64,000 nt of DNA from Pseudomonadota bacterium (GTDB lineage Bacteria; Pseudomonadota; Alphaproteobacteria; Micavibrionales; Micavibrionaceae). Of this stretch, positions 58,795-64,000 are shown piece after piece. The position numbers were made by a program, and so were the translations under genes. Location: positions 8,163-72,162 of the forward strand of contig CAUJHN010000153.1 of the NCBI GenBank assembly GCA_963204825.1. The letters are read 5' to 3'. The notes beneath the pieces were generated by a model. The model saw only the letters and a list, made by a program, of their open reading frames with translations. It ran no database searches and was not told the origin of the DNA. Within the stretch, counting starts at the first letter, position 1. Every line of letters begins with the position of its first letter.

Positions 58795-58803
58795 TTATCC
58801 ACA
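58795..58803 (+). promoter_or_regulatory. Consensus DnaA box (TTATCCACA)
   Basis: Exact 9/9 match to the E. coli-type consensus, 66 nt upstream of the rpsT start. Confidence 0.5.
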
Positions 58804-58867
58804 GGATTGGGCTGTTTTACGCGGGTGGGTGGCATCCTGTCAAGATAAAGATTAACGGGCGCAATCC

Positions 58868-59230
58868 TTAGGGTTTGGCGGGCTCCAGGGTGAAATGAAC
58901 AATTGTTAACGGCGGCTTTTTAACGACCTCCATATACAGCCGGTCCTTCCCCCGAACATATTGATTTTCTGCCGTTTTCCGCCAGCCGAGTTGCGGCAGG
59001 GACTGGGCGTAAAACCCGCTGATATCGGCTACAGCCAATGTATGGGACACGGCCACCACGGATGCTATCCGCCCATCCGGCTTGTCAAACAGCATGGCCT
59101 GGTCTTTAACTTCTTCCAGCCCGGGCATGACCGGCACATCGTAAAGCGCTTCAAAAAAGACAGCCTTTTCCGCCGCCAGCGCCGGAGCGCAGAGAAGAAT
59201 AAGGAGCAGAGTAAGAATTGCCTGTTTCAT
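58868..59230 (-). CDS. Hypothetical periplasmic protein
   Basis: Signal peptide MKQAILTLLLILLCAPALAA. Located 17 nt downstream of mutM. Confidence 0.6.
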   Translation of the reverse strand: MKQAILTLLLILLCAPALAAEKAVFFEALYDVPVMPGLEEVKDQAMLFDKPDGRIASVVAVSHTLAVADISGFYAQSLPQLGWRKTAENQYVRGKDRLYMEVVKKPPLTIVHFTLEPAKP

Positions 59231-59247
59231 AACGCAGCCTTTGCAAA

Positions 59248-60102
59248 CTATGTCTGGCAGTTCGGGCAGTAAAAAGTAGACCGCCCGCCTTGCGTGATTT
59301 TCTGAATGATATGTTTCTTCTTATCACTGGCGAGCGCTTTCGGGCAAGCCTTGCCTTCGCGCCCATATACTTTGAAACTATGTTGAAAATACCCAAGCTT
59401 GCCATCCGCCTTGCGGTAATCTTTCAAGCTGCTTCCGCCGGCTTCGATAGAGCGCCTTAAAACTTCACGAATAGCCGCGGCGAGCGATGAAAGCCTTGCC
59501 AGCGAAATGTCAGAAGCGGCGCGGCGCGGATCTATCCCTGCCTCATATAAGGCCTCACAGTCATATATATTGCCGACCCCCGCCACCACGCGTTGATCGA
59601 GGAGCGCAAGCTTGATCGGCGTTTTCCTGCCTTTCAGTCTTTCCTGAAGAAGTTTGCCATCGAAACATTCCGGCAAAGGCTCGGGCCCCAAAGACTTAAA
59701 AGAGGGATGCGTTAAAAGGTCAGCTTCTTTAAGAAGCATGACCATGCCAAAGCGCCTTGGATCGTTAAACACGATCTTTGCGCCACCTTCCATTGTCATA
59801 GTCATATGATCATGTTTCTGATGCGTATAAGGCATATCCTTTTGAATAACCGTCATGCGGCCCGACATGCCCAGGTGGATCACCAGAATATCCTCCCGCC
59901 CCTTTTCTTCAAAATGGATCAGCAGGTATTTTGCCCGGCGTGTAAGCCTTGAAATCATCCGCCCGGATAGGTTTTTGGACAGGTTTTTAGGAAACGGCGC
60001 GCGCAGCCCGTCGCGGTGGGTGGCAATATCACGCAGAACGAGACCGGCCATAAACGGCTCCAATCCTCTTCGGACGGTTTCAACTTCGGGTAATTCCGGC
60101 AT
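59248..60102 (-). CDS. mutM: Formamidopyrimidine-DNA glycosylase (Fpg/MutM)
   Basis: MPELPEVETVRRGL N-terminus, an H2TH region, and a C-terminal zinc finger CP..C....GGRSTFYCPNCQ. Confidence 0.96.
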   Translation of the reverse strand: MPELPEVETVRRGLEPFMAGLVLRDIATHRDGLRAPFPKNLSKNLSGRMISRLTRRAKYLLIHFEEKGREDILVIHLGMSGRMTVIQKDMPYTHQKHDHMTMTMEGGAKIVFNDPRRFGMVMLLKEADLLTHPSFKSLGPEPLPECFDGKLLQERLKGRKTPIKLALLDQRVVAGVGNIYDCEALYEAGIDPRRAASDISLARLSSLAAAIREVLRRSIEAGGSSLKDYRKADGKLGYFQHSFKVYGREGKACPKALASDKKKHIIQKITQGGRSTFYCPNCQT

Positions 60103-60108
60103 CGGCGA

Positions 60109-60795
60109 TTAATTTACTCTTTGCCAAACGACATAGTCCACCCCTTCGTCCATGAAAAGGGGACTCTTATATGGGACAAGGACGCGCTTTTCGCTTTGCG
60201 GCGGATTTTGCCATATCATTTTTTTCCCTTCCATCACGGCAATCAGCGGGAATGGGGCGCTGGTTAAAACTTGATAGCCGATCTTTTTTCCCTTTGGGGC
60301 CGCAGGGGTCGGCCAATCGAGACGCGGCGTCAAAAGAATAATGTCTTCCAGAATTTTATAGGTTCCAGAAGAATACAGGCGCGGCGCATAAGGATCAGGT
60401 TGCGCGAGAATAACCTGATACACGCCTTTTTCCATCTGTATGGCCGCGGTGTACTTGCCAATATTAGTCTGCCAGCCGCCTGTTATGTCACCGGCATCCA
60501 GATCGGGATTCCGTTTAAAATATAATTCTTTTTTTGGCACAGGCCGGGGCATGGTCTGCGTATCGGTCATTTCAGGGACCAGCCTTTGCGGTTGGCGGGC
60601 CGCATCCTGCCTTTCATTTGATCCCGATAGCAAAATGATGATCAGGGCGACGACCGCCAAAAGCCCGAATCCGAGAACCACATATCCAATGAAACGCGAT
60701 TCATGCGATAAAGCCAATATTGCGTTGCGCGGCGCTTTTGCTTGGCGGGCGGCACTGGGGCGGGAAGGCTTTGGCGGAGGAGAGATATCGCTCAT
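60109..60795 (-). CDS. Hypothetical single-pass membrane protein
   Basis: Pro-rich basic N-tail, a TM segment FIGYVVLGFGLLAVVALIIILL, and a soluble domain of about 150 aa. The gap to mutM is 6 nt. Confidence 0.6.
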   Translation of the reverse strand: MSDISPPPKPSRPSAARQAKAPRNAILALSHESRFIGYVVLGFGLLAVVALIIILLSGSNERQDAARQPQRLVPEMTDTQTMPRPVPKKELYFKRNPDLDAGDITGGWQTNIGKYTAAIQMEKGVYQVILAQPDPYAPRLYSSGTYKILEDIILLTPRLDWPTPAAPKGKKIGYQVLTSAPFPLIAVMEGKKMIWQNPPQSEKRVLVPYKSPLFMDEGVDYVVWQRVN

Positions 60796-61019
60796 GCCAC
60801 CAGTATACAGCAGGAATGCAGATAAAAAAAAGCCGCCTTTCGACGGCCTGCAAGTCTTGTGGTGTGGAAAGTAGAAACCCTCTTTTATCGAATGAGACCG
60901 TTTGTCCTTATTTTTTTATATTATTTAATATAAAAAATATTACAAATTCAAACTGCTTGTCAAGTGATGAATATGATTTATAACTCTGCGCATAATAATC
61001 ATTATATGGATTCCCTATT

Positions 61020-61694
61020 ATGCTCATTACCGCCGATCAGATCCGCGCTGCCCGCGGCCTTATAAACTGGAGCCAGACCGACCTCGCCCACCGCACCGGC
61101 CTCGCCGTCCCCACCATCGCCAATATAGAACTCGGCAAACAAATCCCGGGCAAGGGGACTATTGAGAAGATTATCGATGCGTTTGCGCTGGGCGGCATTG
61201 TATTTTTGGAAAATGAAGGCGTTCAGAAGCAAAAAGAATCTGTTCAGACATTCTCAGGTAAAAAAGATTTTGAGAAGTTTTTTGACTTGGTTTACTCGGT
61301 AGCAAGCACCATCGGTGGCAGCATCTATGTAAGCAACGTGGACGAGAAACTCTTCGACGAAGGTATCGAAAATAGCTTTGATGAATTCCATATTGGCCGT
61401 ATGACCGAAATTCGCAAAAATATAGATTTTCGGGTTCTCTTAAAAGAAGGAGACACATATTTCCCCGCTTCAAGCTATGCGACCTATAAATGGCTTGATG
61501 AAAAGCAATTTGCGAATGTTCCATTTTATGTTTTCGGCAATTATCTGGGCATTATCTTTTTTATTGAAGAGCCGACCGTTATTCTAATCAAAAACCAGAA
61601 TGTGGCTGATCTTTATCGGAAGAAATTTCTAATACAATGGAAAGGTGCCAAAACACCGCCGCAGAACGAACCCAAGAAAAAAGGCCGGAAGTGA
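61020..61694 (+). CDS. XRE-family helix-turn-helix transcriptional regulator with an unassigned C-terminal domain
   Basis: ITADQIRAARGLINWSQTDLAHRTGLAVPTIANIELGK is a Cro/C1-type HTH. The coding region is AT-rich. Confidence 0.75.
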   Translation: MLITADQIRAARGLINWSQTDLAHRTGLAVPTIANIELGKQIPGKGTIEKIIDAFALGGIVFLENEGVQKQKESVQTFSGKKDFEKFFDLVYSVASTIGGSIYVSNVDEKLFDEGIENSFDEFHIGRMTEIRKNIDFRVLLKEGDTYFPASSYATYKWLDEKQFANVPFYVFGNYLGIIFFIEEPTVILIKNQNVADLYRKKFLIQWKGAKTPPQNEPKKKGRK

Positions 61695-61710
61695 TCCGGC
61701 CTTTCTTTTT
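61683..61710. terminator. Bidirectional terminator between the XRE regulator and groEL
   Basis: aaaaaa-ggccgg-aagtgat-ccggcc-tttcttttt. The hairpin includes the regulator's stop codon. Confidence 0.8.
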
Positions 61711-61731
61711 GTCTTTTGATGGAAGGGTGGA

Positions 61732-63393
<1,662 letters not shown>

Positions 63394-63449
63394 TTAAATA
63401 TCAATATGTTAGAAAACGATTTATCAGTTCGTTTTGCGATTTTTTTCGT

Positions 63450-63767
63450 TTACGCGGCCTTCTTGGCAGCAGCGCCGCCTTCGATGATGCCCATGATGTC
63501 GGACTCTTTCACGACCAGCAGCTCTTCGCCGTCTACCGTGATTTCCGTACCCGCCCATTTGGAAATAAGAACGCGGTCGCCAGCTTTGACATCTAACGCC
63601 AGACGGCCATCGCCATCTTCGTTATACGCGCCGGGACCGACGGCGATCACTTCGGCTTCCATCGGTTTTTCTTTTGCCGTGTCTGGGATGATGATCCCAC
63701 CGGCTGTTTTGCCTTCCGACTCTACGCGTTTCAAGAGTACGCGGTCATGCAAAGGACGAAATTTCAT
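63450..63767 (-). CDS. groES: Co-chaperonin GroES
   Basis: [35 protein letters not shown]. Confidence 0.98.
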   Translation of the reverse strand: MKFRPLHDRVLLKRVESEGKTAGGIIIPDTAKEKPMEAEVIAVGPGAYNEDGDGRLALDVKAGDRVLISKWAGTEITVDGEELLVVKESDIMGIIEGGAAAKKAA

Positions 63768-63826
63768 AGGTCTAATCTCCTAAGTCTTTGTTTTAAAACA
63801 AATACCAACACCTCACCATGAGCGTG

Positions 63827-63853
63827 TTAGCACTCCCAATGGGGGAGTGCCAG
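63827..63853. promoter_or_regulatory. CIRCE (HrcA operator) upstream of groES
   Basis: TTAGCACTC-N9-GAGTGCCAG against the consensus TTAGCACTC-N9-GAGTGCTAA. One arm is perfect and the other matches 7/9. It lies 60 nt upstream of the groES start. Confidence 0.8.
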
Positions 63854-64000
63854 TAGATATATATCGCCTGTCCCGAAATGACAAGGTTTTCATGCAGACA
63901 AGATTAATGAAATCGCCTTATCGCTTATGATATTATTGGGGAAGAGAGGATCGAAAAGATCCCGGTACGAACAGGAGGTTTATGCATGGCAGATTTTGAA

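Noticed and set aside
63985-64000. Possible gene start (ggagg-N6-ATGGCAGATTTTGAA) at the window edge
   Set aside because: Only five codons are visible, which is not enough evidence to call a CDS.

Overview
64-kb chromosomal window, about 50% GC. Gene content and order suggest an alphaproteobacterium: alpha-type SspB, hflKC-degP, rpsT-dnaA and CIRCE-groESL. That is inference, with no database search run.

Housekeeping content: thyA-folA, apbC/mrp, hflK-hflC-degP, miaA, ilvB-ilvN-ilvC, argS, mutM, groES/groEL, tRNA-Arg(CCG) and tRNA-Thr(UGU). The replication neighbourhood rpsT-dnaA-dnaN-recF-gyrB is present but interrupted by non-canonical genes. Two BPL_N/GATase1-like paralogs sit between dnaA and dnaN, and a kinase-fold gene sits between dnaN and recF.

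The middle of the window (about 26-46 kb) looks accessory:
- An isolated FlgC-like rod protein with an atypical receiver protein.
- A PQQ-propeller plus PEP-swivel-domain gene pair.
- A translationally coupled four-gene putative small-molecule cluster: thermostable-hemolysin-type acyltransferase, adenylating enzyme, heme-oxygenase-like protein and SDR.
- This cluster runs straight into an ArnC/ArnT-like envelope glycosylation module with an OmpR/PmrB-like two-component system.
- After tRNA-Thr comes a tight four-gene operon encoding DotM(IcmP)-like and DotL(IcmO)-like type IVB coupling proteins plus two unknown proteins. No other secretion-machine genes are in view. I consider this the best candidate for an undescribed system.
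- A solo IS200/RAYT-like gene whose HUH motif reads QIQ follows.

No rRNA, CRISPR array, integrase or prophage was seen. All product calls come from reading the translations and recognising motifs. None was verified by search.
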